From Vicugna vicugna (taxonomy: Eukaryota), in the NCBI GenBank assembly GCA_013265495.1, contig MU058337.1, positions 188,001-252,000 of the forward strand: DNA of 64,000 bases, in the 5' to 3' direction. Positions 12,871 to 26,850 of the stretch are shown piece by piece. The notes below the pieces were generated by a model. That model searched no databases and had not been told where the DNA came from. It saw nothing but the letters and a program-made list of their open reading frames with translations. Every line of letters starts with the position of its first letter. The stretch's first letter is position 1. The translations under genes and the position numbers were made by a program.

Positions 12871-15137
12871 CAGATGAGATGAGTGACCCCTTTTAAAGAT
12901 ACAGAGGCCATAATAGCCCTTCCAGCTCTGGTATTCGAGAACCCCTGAGATTCCCCTGAAATCTACTCCAAAATATGAACTTCAGCGTGGAACAAGACGA
13001 GTGTGGGCAAGGAACGGCCTTTCTCCAGGCAGCTGATCTCTGTTGCAGTTTTCATGACAAAATAAATATTTTGTTTTTGGTTGGCTCTGTAAATGCGTTC
13101 CACTGTCCACATTTTGCCATGAGGACTATATTCTACATTAATTCTAAGGTTAACGTGACATATATATACAGATCTATGTATACAGATATACATATATATC
13201 TGCATACAGATGTGTATATAAAATACGTCCAGATATATAATAGTATATAATAGCAGAAGGCCTTGTATATACCACATAATAAATGTTTATTCCAATGAGA
13301 TTGCAACTATACTACTTTTTAGTTATTGGATATATTTGCATGAATCATATGACATGGGTGTATGAGAAATGCAACGTCTAGAGCTGTCTGGACAGAATGT
13401 ACAGTCATACTTAAGTAACGTTACAGTGTTCAGGAAAGGATTAAATAATGATTCTGAGATACCGTTTTAATTTTCATTTACATTTCTTATTTTTCTTATT
13501 TGAGATACATTTTTTGAATTTCATAGATAGGATCAATGAAATGAATTAAATAAATTTGCAACTACATGAGACTCCATGGGGTGCTGTCCCTACATAATGC
13601 GACAAGATTGGAGGCCCAAGTTGGACTGAATTCTTACAAAAATAATTTACAAGCTCATTGAACGTATCAAAGCAATTCAGCAATACTGGTAAGAATAATG
13701 TAGGCTAGTAAGAACAACTCTGAATTAAAAGTAAAATAAATATTTCAGCACCTAGCTGTTGTCTTCTCCTCCTACACATTGGCACCAAGAAGTAGAAGTA
13801 GGCTGTTGGGACTGTCTCCTGGCAGTGACATAACATTGGTTCTACAGAATCTTGCGGTGTTTTTTTCTGTTTCTGGTTTTTTGTTGTTGTTGTTGTTGTT
13901 TGTTTTAGATAGCCGTATGTTTTGAATGTGCATTTTTGTCAAACTTTGCAACAGTTATTTCATACGGATGTTTAATACTTAAGTTATTGTGCTCTTTTTC
14001 TGTTACGTTTTCCGATTTTCAAGGATTACTATTTTGTATTATCCAAAAATGCATTTGAACTTAGCAGAAAAATATATGTGAAACCATTCCATTTCTCTCT
14101 ATATTGTAAAATTTGTTTAGTGGAAAAATCTTCCACAGATGTACTCTACCAAAAGTTAGCTCTGGTAACCAGCGCTTAAACTCCGCAGACATCAGACAAA
14201 AAGTGCCTGTTAAAATACTGACATGCATTTAGCCTGACTGTTAATGCTTTGCACGGTACAGTGTTATATTTCTCACACGTAGGCTATATCTTTGATATAC
14301 ATTTATATCTGTCATACATGTAACGTTCTACATTAGCAGCTTATAAGAAACTAAAAGAAATCTATGATCATAAAAAAATCCATAATGATTAACAACCTCT
14401 CCTTCGTATTCTAGGCATTTGCATCACACTCTGCCTCATGTAGTCACAGCAGTGGCTTCAAATACACAACTGACTTTCAGGTTTTAAAAAATGACGTTGC
14501 TAGCCAACTATATAGGCAATATCTTATTAAGAATGTCATATTGGTTCAGTTGCCAGAGGTAATTTTTCTCTTTAAAGTGAGATATAGACACTGTTTTGCC
14601 GTTGGCGAGCACTCTGTTTACGCGGAGACATCCTATTCTGAGATAACACTTGTTCTGCTAGCACAGAAGCAGGCCTTACCCAGCTCTGGCAGCCCCAGAG
14701 GGTACATCGTAGTAAAGGAGGGTTGCCTTAGATAGAAACCCCAACCAGGCTACTTCTGCATACTGAATTAAAGTTTTTGTTATGTTGCAGGACATAAATT
14801 ATCAGCTTCGTCTTATAGAAAAGTGTGTGCAGTGAATTCCTCGTATTTTATTACACTCCTAACCCACTGTGCCTCTTACATACCTTTCTCAAATGAACTG
14901 GCAATTTAAAAATGCAAATATGGCAATTTGCTAATTCTTCACATTTTGGGGAAACAAGAGACATCACTTCCCAGGAAATAATGTATCTAGATCAAAGTCA
15001 CATCCCTGAAAGTATTGACATGTGCCAGCAAACGGAGCATTTCATATATATTATCAGGACACAGGGTCCTTTTTTACATAACACACAGTTTTAACTCCTG
15101 CTTCACAATATGTATGGAAGTCCAGTTTATTTATTGG

Positions 15138-15477
15138 CGACAAAGTGTTTATGTGTCCCCAAAATGTGTCTATTGGAATCGTAACCTGCAATGTGATGGT
15201 CTCAGCAGGAGGGGCTTTGGCGGGGAGTGATTAGGTCCTGGGGGTGCAGCCCCTGGTGGCCTGTGTTCTTAAAAGAAGAAACAGGAGGGCTTTCCTGTCT
15301 GCTCCCTGCTCTCTGCTGTGTGAGTGCCCCCTGAGGAGACAGTCATCCTCTACCCAGAAGAGGACCCTCCCCAGAGCCCCGCTAAGCCGGAGCCTGGATT
15401 CAGACACCCAGCCTCCAGAACCGTGAGAAATAAATCTGTGCTGTTGATACTTTGTCATAGCGACCAGAACTAAGACA
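15138..15477 (+). mobile_element. MLT1A-like MaLR solo LTR
   Basis: TGTTTATGTGTCCCCAAAAT...AATGTGATGG...CAGCCTCCAGAACCGTGAGAAATAAAT...GAACTAAGACA. Confidence 0.85.
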
Positions 15478-15479
15478 TG

Positions 15480-15810
15480 ATTCCATCAACTGTTGAGGGA
15501 GGGGTATTGGAATCTCCAACTTTAATTATGATTTTTGTAGTTTTCCTGCAGTTCTGTCCATTTTTATTGCATGTGTTCAGAATTTCTATTTTCAGTGCAT
15601 AATGTTTAAAATTGTTATGTATTCCTGGTGAATAAATCCTTGTCCTTTGAAATGATCTTTTTTACCCCTACTATTCTTGGAGATGAAATCTACTTTTTCT
15701 GATACTGATGTAGCCACTTCAGCATTTTTTTTTTTTGGATTAGTGTTCACATAGTATCTCATTCCATCTTTTAACTTTTGACCTCTTTGTGTCTTTCTAT
15801 TTAGAGTGTG
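15480..15810 (-). mobile_element. Old L1 ORF2 (endonuclease region) fragment
   Basis: GAGGGGTATTGGAATCTCCAACT...CTACTTTTTCTGATACTGATGTAGCCACTTCAGC. Confidence 0.75.
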
Positions 15811-15814
15811 ACAC

Positions 15815-16237
15815 TGTGGGAGGAGGTCATGGAGAGGATGTGACCACCAGTTGACCCCCCAGCTGGATGTGGGTGATCAGGGGCTCCTCACCTCATCCTC
15901 GTCCTTGGAATGTATACTTTGCCCACTGTTCCCACAGTGGGAGCCGTGTTCAAGGATGCAGCCCTGAGAGCACCGTGTGGTTGAGACCACCTGGACAGTA
16001 CACATGCCTGAACCCCATTAAGACCTTTCTATAAACTTTGAAGATTCTGGTGGGCAAGTGTGGAGATCAGTTCAGCTTGCAACGCCCAAGACAAGCCTTG
16101 TAGCTAAGTTTCCTTACTTATTACACCTGCCACCTACCAGTCTGGAGAGACTGCCTCTTTCTCTGCCTCTCCTTGCCCTCCTGGACGGGACCGGTTTCAG
16201 GTTTCACCTGCGGAACTCCTGAGCTTGGGAACCAACA
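15815..16237 (+). mobile_element. ERV-type solo LTR (family not assigned)
   Basis: TG...CA termini, ~420 bp, internal TATAAA and a degenerate polyA region, LTR-like composition; no clear TSD. Confidence 0.55.
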
Positions 16238-19200
16238 CTAAGGTACATCAGTTACCATGGAGACACCGATGTCATTTGTATACACAGAGCTTATTGACAG
16301 AAAGATGAGGCTTAGAGAACTTCAGACACTGTGTGGTGGTTACTGAGACCACATATGTGGTGTGAAATCTATTTATAAACCTATGAATTGTTCATGAAAT
16401 GGTTTTCAATTTTATAAACATAGAAATGATCTGCCAACAGGTTTTGTTTTAAAATAGTTTTACTTTCTAAAGCGTAATTGTTTTTCTTTTGATTTAAATA
16501 AATTTAATCATAAATTATAATTACCCATAATTTTTGCAACCTCACTCTTTTTAGTTTCCAGAAGTCAGATTAGGGCAATGGTCAAGTGGACCTGAAGACC
16601 CCTGCGATAAAGAAGACACCGCATTTCTGCTAAATTGATCAGAAAAACGTGTAACACTGCCACAAAGTATAGAGTATAGTTTACATTAAAACTATTTCAG
16701 TTACATCCAAGGGTCTGAGGCTGAGCTACTTTTCACTTTATCAAACAAAGGCAGGCTGCTTTCCTAGCGTGAGTACCAAGCTTTTCCAGCTGTGACATCA
16801 CTGGTGAGTTTATCACACAAGCCCTGGATATTTCTCACAAAGCCCCTCCTCTTCCTCCAGAGGACTTTATTCTGCCCTATATCCTCGCCTCCTGGGTCTG
16901 ATTACCTTACTTAGACGTAGTTCCTTCCAGGCTTTATGATCGCACAGACTCTGATTCCAGGTTAATTACTCACTCAGTTACTCTGTCTTTTCATATAAAT
17001 AGACTTTTTTACCTGCATTTCCCAAATCTAAACTCTGAACCCCATTTTTATTTCTAGAAAAAATTCTTCCCTGATCAGTGCCCTCATGTTGAAACTGTCT
17101 CGTCTCCATCTTTATGGAATCTGCTCAGGCTGTGACTCTGTGGTTCATCTCTGCCCTGATGCTGGTGTTTTACTAGTTATTATATTATTAGTCTGCACTG
17201 GACAGCATGGCTCTTTTCCATTTCTCTAATTAGTGTTAACTGTGTGTTTTTTAAGATATGATTAAATGACGAGGATAAGTGGATATACAACCCCATCACA
17301 ATGTCAGCATCTCTTGTTGATTGATACATTGACTTCATGACTGCAATCTACACTTTGAACCAGCTGAATCAGACAGATCTAGTGATTTACGTAATTATTA
17401 TTGTGCTTCATGCTCATTAGACAAGAAAGGTAAGACATTCATTTCAACTGCTGTAATTAAAATTATTTTTAGTAGCCAAATTAGCTTTTAGTTTCTCTCT
17501 TGCAGTTGTGTTTTTTTAAATCTTAACAACATCTGTAACTCAGTTCAGTAGGGTGTGTTGTTTATGATACCATCTTATATTAAAAATTCTGTTTTCTAGA
17601 GGTTAAAAGGCAAACAAGTTTTAGATTTGTATTCTTCAATATTTTGAGTTCTCCTATTCCTAACCGACCCCTACATGATCTGAGAGTCTTCGATGGCCTT
17701 AGAAGCTCATCTACCAGAGTCTATCCGACCTTCATCCTGGTCCCCTGAACACGTGACAGACAGGAAATTCAACTACCCTTCTGCTTCCTCTGGTTGTGTC
17801 GGGTCTTCTAGAAGCTGTCGAAGCTGGGATGGGAGGACGTGCCTGGTGGGAAATGACAGCATGCCTGCTAAGCAAGATGAATGGGAAGCAAAAGCACCAG
17901 GTGGAGGAAGGCATCGGAGGATCTGGTTCTGAAGTGAAGCGTCTCGGGGGCTTGAAGGACAGGGATGGCATGGTCATCTCAGGAAAGAGAAGAGGAGGGA
18001 AAAGCTAAAGGGAAGCAAGTGACCATCTTAGCTGTCTGTCCACCTTTTTGATTCAGCTTCCTCCTTTTGACGGAGCTTTGAAAGTAAGTAAGCCGGTTCA
18101 GTGTCAGGCTGGTCTTAAGTATGATACGGTCTTAAAATATCGTCTTCCTCGTGTTAAAAAATGTGTTATGGTTTTAGTAAGAGTTATCATCCTCCTACTA
18201 CTAAAAATTATACTTTCATGTTAGTTGAAATTTCTTAGCCACAAATTCTTTTCTTCCAACAGGAAGAAGAAAATATTTTAAAACAAAGATATTGAAGAGC
18301 TTTATTGCTGACAGATGACAAGGAATTCACTTTTAATCAGTGTAGATGATCCATACGATGTCTTTTCTGTGTTAGAAATCATGAGATACCCTTAGGGGAA
18401 GGGGCGGGGAAAAGGAGAGCTAAACAAAGACCAGAGATCCCCAAAGCCAGCCTTTCTGATTCTGTGATTTTCCTGTTTCTTCTTAATCAAGAGAAGCGGG
18501 CAGAGAGAAGTTCTTCCTTTCACATCTCCAAGACTCGTAGAAAACCATCTCCTGCCTGAGGGCTAATGCCAGAGGCCAGCTTGATTCTTAACCAAGCTCA
18601 GGTTTCTCTTAACTGTGCTAAAATCTTCTAAATGTGAATGCCAGTTAGCAACTGAGGCCCCGTTTGTTTCCATGTTGAAACCTCTGTAATCAATCGTTTT
18701 GCTTTGTTTCAACTCAGTTGTGTAAATGCCATCACCTCTGGGCATTTTAGAAATTTTATTGTACTAGAATACGTTTGCCAGAGAAAATGAGGCATCATTT
18801 CAAATAAACCTCTAGAGACCAAACTGGTCTGTTTTAGCCATTGGATTTTCATGTGGTTCCTCATTTCTGTCTTATTAGAAAATCACTAAGAATAAAACCA
18901 AAACTACCATTGGTCTCTGAAAACACAATGTTCAAAACTTGAATTTTTAACAATTACATCTTGTCTTTTTAACAAGACTGAGTGCAACTGTGGTGTATGA
19001 TAATTACTTAACTAAATATTCTCAATTTAGTTACAGCATAAAAAGCATTTTAAAATCTGTTTTCTATATATGTATATATTTATAAATTAATTTATACATT
19101 TATATGTTATTTAATGTATAAATCCAATTTATAAATGATATATAGTTATATGTGCATCACAATTATCTCAAACATAACTTATGAACAGTATTTCTGAGAT

Positions 19201-19749
19201 ATGTTTGTTTTTATTTATTCTTCTCCTCTTTCCAAAAAGACATCCAATAGCTTCCAAGGAGAAATATTATAAAGTAGAAAGAGATGAATAGTTTTAAAAT
19301 AAAGGCAAAAGCCAAACTGAGGCAAAACCATAAGATGAGAGAAGAGAAGTCATTAGGGCACAGCGCTGTGCGCTGTGAAGTTCTTGGAATGGCAGTTACA
19401 ATGAGTAATTGGCAAATAATGTAGTGAGCATGAATGTCCGCTAAAATTGGTCCTCACCCTGCTTCAGTCGAAGCAGTAAAGTGAATGTAAATATAATCTA
19501 CACCAACGTTCGCACTTTTCACCAGATAAATGTGTACTGTTCGCTGTGGAGATGTACTTTCTTTTCTCATTATTTTGGTCTGGGAAAAATAACTTCCATG
19601 AGGCATTTTATTTAGAGACACATAAAACCAGGTTGCCTAAGAGGCAGTGTTCCAAAAATGGTTGTAGCTGATCCTACCTATAGTAATACACAGGTTTAGA
19701 AAATGTGCAGTATTTCAAGATAAAACAACAAGAATGACAATTAACATGT

Positions 19750-19945
19750 GTACATTACCAGAAAGCTTACAAATCCCTTTTACATACAACAGGACTTTTA
19801 ATCTTCCCATTCTTAGAAAAACTGTGATTATCATTACTTCCATTTTATGTCTGAGATCACCAGACCTCTTTGAGTTCTGGAGCAAGAACCTAATTGAATG
19901 AGGGAAAGATTTAGGACTCGAATTCAGATCCCAGGATTCCAAATT
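19750..19945 (-). mobile_element. MIR fragment
   Basis: TTTAATCTTCCC...TTCCATTTTATG...AGGACTCGAATTCAGATC. Confidence 0.5.
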
Positions 19946-20084
19946 GTATAATGACCTCCCTTGAATTCCAGGTATAAAGTTCTACTTACATTCCAAACCT
20001 ATCATTTTTATTTTAAATTTACTTTAGAAAGTTTTCCTTCTGAATTTTGATCAGGGTCTCCCAAAGCAGAGCCACTCGCAAGAC

Positions 20085-20225
20085 AGGAAGAGAGTTCTCA
20101 CCCGGAATCCAATTTCCCAGCACCTTGATCTTGGACTTCCAGCCTCTCTGACTATGAGAAAATGCGCTTCTGTTTCTTTGGGCACTCTCTGTGCGGTATT
20201 TGGTGATGGCAGTCTGAGCAGAGGA
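20085..20225 (+). mobile_element. MLT1 LTR 3' fragment
   Basis: GCACCTTGATCTTGGACTTCCAGCCTC...TGAGAAAAT...GGTATTTGGTGATGGCAG. Confidence 0.8.
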
Positions 20226-23074
20226 CCAAGTGATACAAACCTATGGAGAAAAGTGAGCCGTAATTTAACCGTGACCCAGGCTGCGTAATCATCGTGAGTA
20301 CAGATGACATTTTAAACTTCCTTCAGTAACCCCCTCCGTGGGCATCTGACGGTGGTGCGGGGTGAAAGGGTTAAGTAATGTTTAACCAGTGTGTATACTT
20401 AGTTCCTTTTTTATCTCCCTGAGACTTACTAGCACTCTGAGTATCAATTCACTCGGAATGAATAATACCTTGAATGACATCAGCTTCCGCCAACATGTTG
20501 GGGTTACTATGGTAATGGAGAAAGTTTTTCAGTGGACAAAACAAGTACCACGCTTGATATATTAGTCAGCCAGGGAAAGCAGTCACATATAAGCCGCAGC
20601 ATTCATCCGATGAATAGTCATTTAGGCAGCATGCATGTCAGCAATTCCGCTGCGTTTTTCTGAACATCAAAACTTTGGCAGTTGCATTGAGAATCTTGGC
20701 AGATTTACAAAAGTGGTAACACTCATTTTCTGAGCCTAGTTTTTTGGGTTATTTTTTCATTCTTTATGTCTTGGGACCCATATTTTCACAGGTTCACAGG
20801 GCTTTGAATCCAAATGCCAAATGAATGTTCTCCACTAGGGTTCACCTCCAGCGTTCACTGAAAACAGGCATTGTTTGTTCCTTCTAGTCATTCAGAAATT
20901 GATTTTATTTTATTAATTATATTTGGCCTTTTTTGAGCACAAAGACTTGTTACACTGCTATTGCCTGTTCCTATTAACTATTCTTAAATTCCACTTAATT
21001 GCTCTTTTCAGAAAAAGGCTGTAAAAAAAAGAATGAATGACAATTAAAAATACAATGACTAATCTGATCTCATATGGTGAGATGCAGATTTTAGTTACTG
21101 AAATAAAACCAATTCATCATTTGTAGGAAAAGCCACTTTCTCCCCCATGAGCAGATCATTTGAAAAAGGAAGTGACCATGAAAGTCAGAACTAAAGCAAG
21201 TTCACTAAAACCAAGGTGTGCAAATCTAACATTTTTTCTCATTAATGTTATTGTACAGAAAGTAAAGGCCGAATCATATAGGACATCTTGATTTTAGCGA
21301 AGCATTCAGCAGTCTCTCACGTGATAATTGTGCATAAAACTCCCAAATCTCAGTTCCAGTGGGAATTTCTACTCTGTGACACTCGCAAGCTGAAGCCAGA
21401 TTTCACAGGGTCCAGGCCATACACTGGGTCTGCAGTAAGAGGACCAGAAATATTGCCGACAAAGCCTGGTAGCACGTGGCAGTGGCATCAGACAGGCAGG
21501 TGTGCAGAGCACAGCAGTCACTCTGTGGATGCCCCCCTTCTCGGCTTTGGGCTAGGTGACTATTCAAACTTGCGGAGAACGCAGTCTTCTGAGTGGGTTC
21601 CCCACTGCACCGTAGCGGATGGCTCAGTGATGCAGATGAACCTAGAAACCCAGGAATGAATGCCTCTGTGCAGTGACTCCGAAGTGCACACATCAAGATG
21701 GGTATGACTGGATTACAGAGGCGAGCATGTAGTGAATTTCTTCCTTTACAAATTTATTTATTTCACAGTTAACCAATATCAACCTTTTTGTCAGGAACGA
21801 GGAAGGTCCATAGCCTTTAAACTTCAGTTAGCCAAAAAAAAAAATGATGAGTTTCATGAAAGAATCCATACAATTAAGTGTCTGGACCTACCCACGTTTC
21901 TCATTATCACAGGGTAGTAACTGGCTCTCCTAAAGTGAGGATCAGCTCGCTGGAGTCAGCAGACTCCTCTCTGACTGATGCACCCGAGGTCAACTCAGTT
22001 TTGCTTTTACTGATCATTTAATTTTTAATGGGGAACCATTTAAAAGAGCTTTGGTGACCCAATTATTCGGGCTTTAATTTCACAATGATAGAGCCCATTT
22101 TTCTGTATTTATATACAATCATCATTTGGGAAATTTGGAACTTGTCTTTCTTGAAGATGAAAACAAATCTAGCAGAGCAGTATTTTAAGCAGATCACCAA
22201 TAACATATGTTAAAGACCTGGCTTATAGTTTTGCTTTCACAACTTCGCTGTATTCAACTCAGAGTAAAAATAAGTAGAAATGAAAAAAAAAAAAACAAAA
22301 CAAAACAGAGAGAAATAAATAGAAATGGCCAAACCACAAAGTCTGGTTTCAGTTCAAGATCTGACCACAGGAACAACCCGAAGTGGCTAAGGTTACTTTC
22401 ACTTAGTGTCATAATCAAACTGGTGGATGCCGAGCCCTGGAGATCCAGAAAACGTGCACTGTGTGTGAGCTCTCCTTGGCTCCTGCTTCCCTCACAAATT
22501 CTTACCTGATGCCAGGCCTGGAGTCCACAGAGAGTGGGCCGTCCCCTGGCTCTTGACTAACTGGCTACCCAGGATAACCTGGGAATCACCAGCACTGCTG
22601 CCTCTTAATGCTGCAGCTGACGCGGCGGGGAGAGAGGGGCAGGTGCGTACAGCCCTCCGCGGGCTTCCTTGCTGCACTGCCCACCTGATTCCATCCATAT
22701 CTCTGTTCTTTCTGTGTCTTCAGGCCTGCTCTCCTCATCAGAGAAAAAGGTCTGGATGTGGCCTGCCTCATGCATGACACACTCAGAAATGCTTCAGACC
22801 GCTATTAAGTTAAACACTGAGAGATAAGTTAAACTATCAGTCACGAAGGTGTCAGGATACATGGGAGGGCAGACACTATCCATTGTGGGGTGGAGGAGAA
22901 GCACAGCCAAGATTTCCAACATTCAGAAGAAAAGTAAGTAGCACGAGAGCCCAGTAAATGTCATGATGTCCCTGAGATGCTTTGAGCAGATAAATGTCCT
23001 GGGTTAACCTGTGTGAGAACTGTATGTAAAGGCATGCCTTGAGCTGCAGTGTCCTGGTCATGCGCATGCTCTGT

Positions 23075-23270
23075 GGCTCCACAGCTCTGCTACTTAATAT
23101 CAGTGACCTTGTGAGAGCACCTTAAACATTCTGTGCCTCAGTTTGCCACTCTGAAAAATGGGCATGATAATGACAATCACCTTGTAAGTTTACTAAGAGA
23201 ACAAATGAATTAATACCTGTAAACCCTTCCTAGCGTGCCTGGTGCAAATTAACTGCATTAACTCGTATCG
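23075..23270 (+). mobile_element. MIR
   Basis: GTGACCTTG...CTGTGCCTCAGTTTGCCACTCTGAAAAATGGGCATGATAAT...GTGCCTGG. Confidence 0.8.
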
Positions 23271-23807
23271 TGATTACTGCAGGATTCCTGGTCTCTACAA
23301 ATGAACTTAAACCTCTGCAAATTCAGGCTGAATGCCACTGCTACCTATTTATCCACTTACTGAAGACATTTTCATTACCAGTGGGTGGGACAGTCTCACG
23401 TTTCTTAGCTCTTCCTTTCTGAAATACACTTTGAGTGAAAAAGACACCTTGTTTCCTACTTTGAGTCTTGGCTGCCATTGTCTCCACTGGTAGAGAGGTG
23501 AACTCAGTGAGCAGGTGCAGGTTTGGGAACTTCCTGAAGCAAGAGAAGAGAAATCAGAAATGAGATGGGAAACCCTGAAAGTACACGCAGAGGAATAACA
23601 TGGAAGGTAGCCCACCTCACGTGTTCCTTGATCATTTAGTCAACGTTCAAGGTCAGTGGCAGCTTCCCAAAGAATCAGATGACGGTAAAGAAAGTTACCA
23701 TCACAGCCACAGCAGAGGCAGCCACGTTACCCTGCACCACAGCATGGCTCTAAGTGTCCCTGCAAAGGTGCCCCAAATTCAGCCTTGCACCAGCTGCTGC
23801 TGTTGCT

Positions 23808-23900
23808 AATTCTCATTTTATCACAGAAATCCGACACAGAAAGAAGTGACCCGCTCAAGGTCACACAGCTTCAAACTGAGGCAGAGGCATCGAGTCCACA
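23808..23900 (-). mobile_element. MIR fragment
   Basis: GAAGTGACCCGCTCAAGGTCACACAGCT. Confidence 0.6.
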
Positions 23901-24249
23901 CTCTTAAATACTACCTACCCCAAACGGGTTCCCCGCGATTATGTGAAACTGAGACACACAGCAGGAACTGGATTCAAAATCTCAGAGTCACTGATGAAGA
24001 AAATCTCAAGATGCAGAGCTGCTGTTCACATCCAGCTCAGCCTTCCAAACAAGATCCCATCTGAGGCGCGTTGAGCCGGGTTTAGAAACAGCAATTTTGT
24101 TGTCGGGCTTTAGCACTAGTTTCATAAAAAGAAACAAAAACAACTCTTAGAGAAGTTCAGAATAGAGTTTCTGTTTCAAAGTGAGATGAATACAGTTGCC
24201 CACTTATGCTTTCTCTTTTATCACTCTTAAAACATATTATGAGAAGTAC

Positions 24250-24590
24250 ACAAATATCACACAATATGATTTATAGGTGGAATCTAAAATATGATACAAA
24301 CAAACTTATTTACAAACCGGAAAGAGACTGACAAACATAGAAAACAAACTTATCGTTACCAAGGTGGAAAGGAGGGGAGAGATAAATTGGGAGTTTGGGA
24401 TTAGCAGATACATGCTACTATATACACAATAGATAAACCACAAGGTCCTACTGTACAGGACAGGGAACTATATTCAATATCCTGAAATAATCAATAATAA
24501 AAAAGAATATGAAAAAGAATGTATATACTTATAACAGAATCACCAAAAACTAACACATTGGAGATCAACTACACTTCAATAAAAAATAAG
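24250..24590 (+). mobile_element. Artiodactyl-type L1 3' end
   Basis: GGAATCTAAAATATGATACAAAC...GGGAGTTTGGGATTAGCAGATAC...CAGGGAACTATATTCAATATC...CAATAAAAAAT; homologous to 8810-9160. Confidence 0.9.
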
Positions 24591-24959
24591 TTCCCTCTAC
24601 TTTCGGTAGTCGACAAGAAGCTGTTAGTTTCTGACTCGTAAACAGCCCTCCCCTAGACCTTATTCACAATTCCACTCTCAGATAAATACAAGGCCTTTTG
24701 CCTCAGATTGACTATTTTTTGCTGTGGCTAATAGAGAATCAAGATTTTTACTGTCCAGATCATATATTTCAAAACCGGGTTTCTTTTCCTTGTTATTGAA
24801 CTTAATTTTCCAGTGAAAGGATGAAAATAATCCAGTTACATATGTGATTATCAGGACAGATTTTGAATATCTTTTCTTCTTTTATTAAATAGCTATGCAA
24901 TGAGTAGACAAGTGCTTGTAAAATGCAGACAAGCTGCCTTCAGAGAATAAACATTTCAG

Positions 24960-25100
24960 TGGAGGAGAGAAACGAGGGAAAGAAAGAAGGAAGGAGGGAG
25001 GCTGAGAGGCAGAGGAAGGAAGGAAGAAAAAAAGGAAGAAAGAAGGAAACAAAGAAAGAAAAGAGCGAGGTTGGGGGAAAGGAGGAAGGAAGGAAGGACG
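24960..25100. repeat. Purine-rich (GAAG/GAAA)n low-complexity tract
   Basis: Direct reading. Confidence 0.9.
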
Positions 25101-25118
25101 GACATTAACATGTTTTAG

Positions 25119-25266
25119 AGGGGAGGGTACAGCTCAGTGGTAGAGTGTGTGCTTAGCATGCCTGAGGTCCTGGGTTCAATCCCCAGTACCTCCATTAAAA
25201 ATATGTAAATAAAAAAACTGAAATTACTTCCCCCCACACACACAAAATCAACTGAAAAAAAAAAAA
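25119..25266 (+). mobile_element. tRNA-Ala-derived camelid SINE (Vic-1 type)
   Basis: GGGAGGGTACAGCTCAGTGGTAGAG...CTTAGCATG...GGTTCAATCCCCAGTACCTCCA with A/B boxes, AT-rich tail and poly(A). Confidence 0.9.
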
Positions 25267-26299
25267 GAGCTAGGCTCTTCAAATAACATTTTTTAGGACT
25301 GAGAAGGAAAGAAGGCAGTTTCAATGGCTTTATCCGCACAGACCTACTTTGAATAGGTCGATTAGGGAAGGCCACTCCCATTTATGAATTAGATTTTGAA
25401 AAAAAATTACATTTCCCAATGAGAAAGACAAATTTCACTCATGTGGTCTAGTTTTGAGTTACAAAAATAGTTTTCAAACATCAATAACTTCCAGATAGTT
25501 GCCCAAAATAGGATTCAAACACATTTTATAATTCTCTCCCCTTCCCTGGCTTTTTTCCCCCCTTTTTCTACTCAGAATGGCTCGTTACCAGAGAGCTAAG
25601 AGAAGCCCCGCCCACCCACTCAGGTCCTAGAGGAGCCCTGGCTTCCTTGGTTTACGTTGTGGCCAGTATTCATGACAGCAGCTTTGATTCAACATTCAGC
25701 ACTTTTCTGATTCCTTTTATTTTCATACTAATTTAAAGAAAATTTTAAGACTGAGCTTTGAAAACTCAAGAATGCTGACTTGAAATTGGCTTACGAGTTT
25801 TGATCTGATGAGGAGCTTCTCGCTCCTAACTTGGGCCTGTAGTTCTGCCCTCACCTGTCAATCACCCTGGTCCCTCAAGAGCAGCTATGAATATTTTAGA
25901 GGCCAGCTAAACATAAGCAGAGATGGTAGCCCCTTCTCTCCCATCTGAAACGTGAGTCTGCTTTCTTTTTTATAAGACAGGAGCCCAGAAATCTATTTAC
26001 TTTCAGTTACAATCTATTGACTTGGTATAACATTTTAACTAACAATTAAACTTGCGTGCTGAGGAATAATTTTGAGAGGTAAATATTTGATCACTACGGA
26101 GACCTAGAAGATTTAAAGAATTTATGCTCCGGGGAAAGCGGCAGCAGGCTGCTCTCCAGGTGACTGTGTACAGTGAGCGTGCGCACAGGTTGCCTTCTAA
26201 ACTGGGCCTGTTTCTTTCCACATGTTATGAAAAATGTTCATCATTTTTCTGGGTCATTATAAAAGCAATAAATGGATAATGAGGAGAATTTGAAAAAAA

Positions 26300-26850
26300 A
26301 TTAACATATAATTTACCTATATCTCCAACACCTGTAAGTAATCATAATAAATACTGACGTATTTTACAAATGATCTCTTACAAAATTGAAGACGTACTGT
26401 TCTTACAAGATGCAATTTCTTTTTTTCATTTAAAAATATGCCATAAGAACTATTTTTATCTTTAAATATTCTCTAAGAAAGATAACTTTAAGTGGATTAG
26501 TAAACATTTTTAGAATAAAAAAAATCTGGCTGCAGAATATCTCATGGCATGAATGTGCCAAAATGCATATGTAACCTTTGTTCCATCGTTTGACATTTTT
26601 GCTGCTTCCAAATTTTGTAAATAGGACTGGGATTGACACCCTTGTTATATTAAGCTCTTTATGTATCTCTAATCATCTCATTAGGATACATTATAAGTGT
26701 GATTAATGAATTAAAAGTCATAAAGTATAATGCATTTTATATGTATGGTCAAATTAAAAATTTAAAGAGTCCAAGTTCACATTCCCATCAGCAAGAAAAA
26801 AGAATGCTTACCCTCACTCCACTTACAATGACTGGTTTTACTTTGCTGAA
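26300..26850 (-). mobile_element. Old L1ME-type fragment
   Basis: GACATTTTTGCTGCTTCCAAATTTT...TTCACATTCCCATCAGCAA, antisense L1 ORF2-end motifs. Confidence 0.55.

Noticed and set aside
11891..12877. Overlapping 87-215 aa ORFs in the CpG island
   Set aside because: Arg/Gly/Pro/Ala-rich frames on both strands, expected from stop-codon scarcity in GC-rich DNA; mostly non-ATG starts and no recognisable domain.
25119..25194. tRNA-Ala genes (also 27827 and 46163)
   Set aside because: Altered acceptor stem, shared SINE tail, poly(A) and TSDs show they are SINEs.
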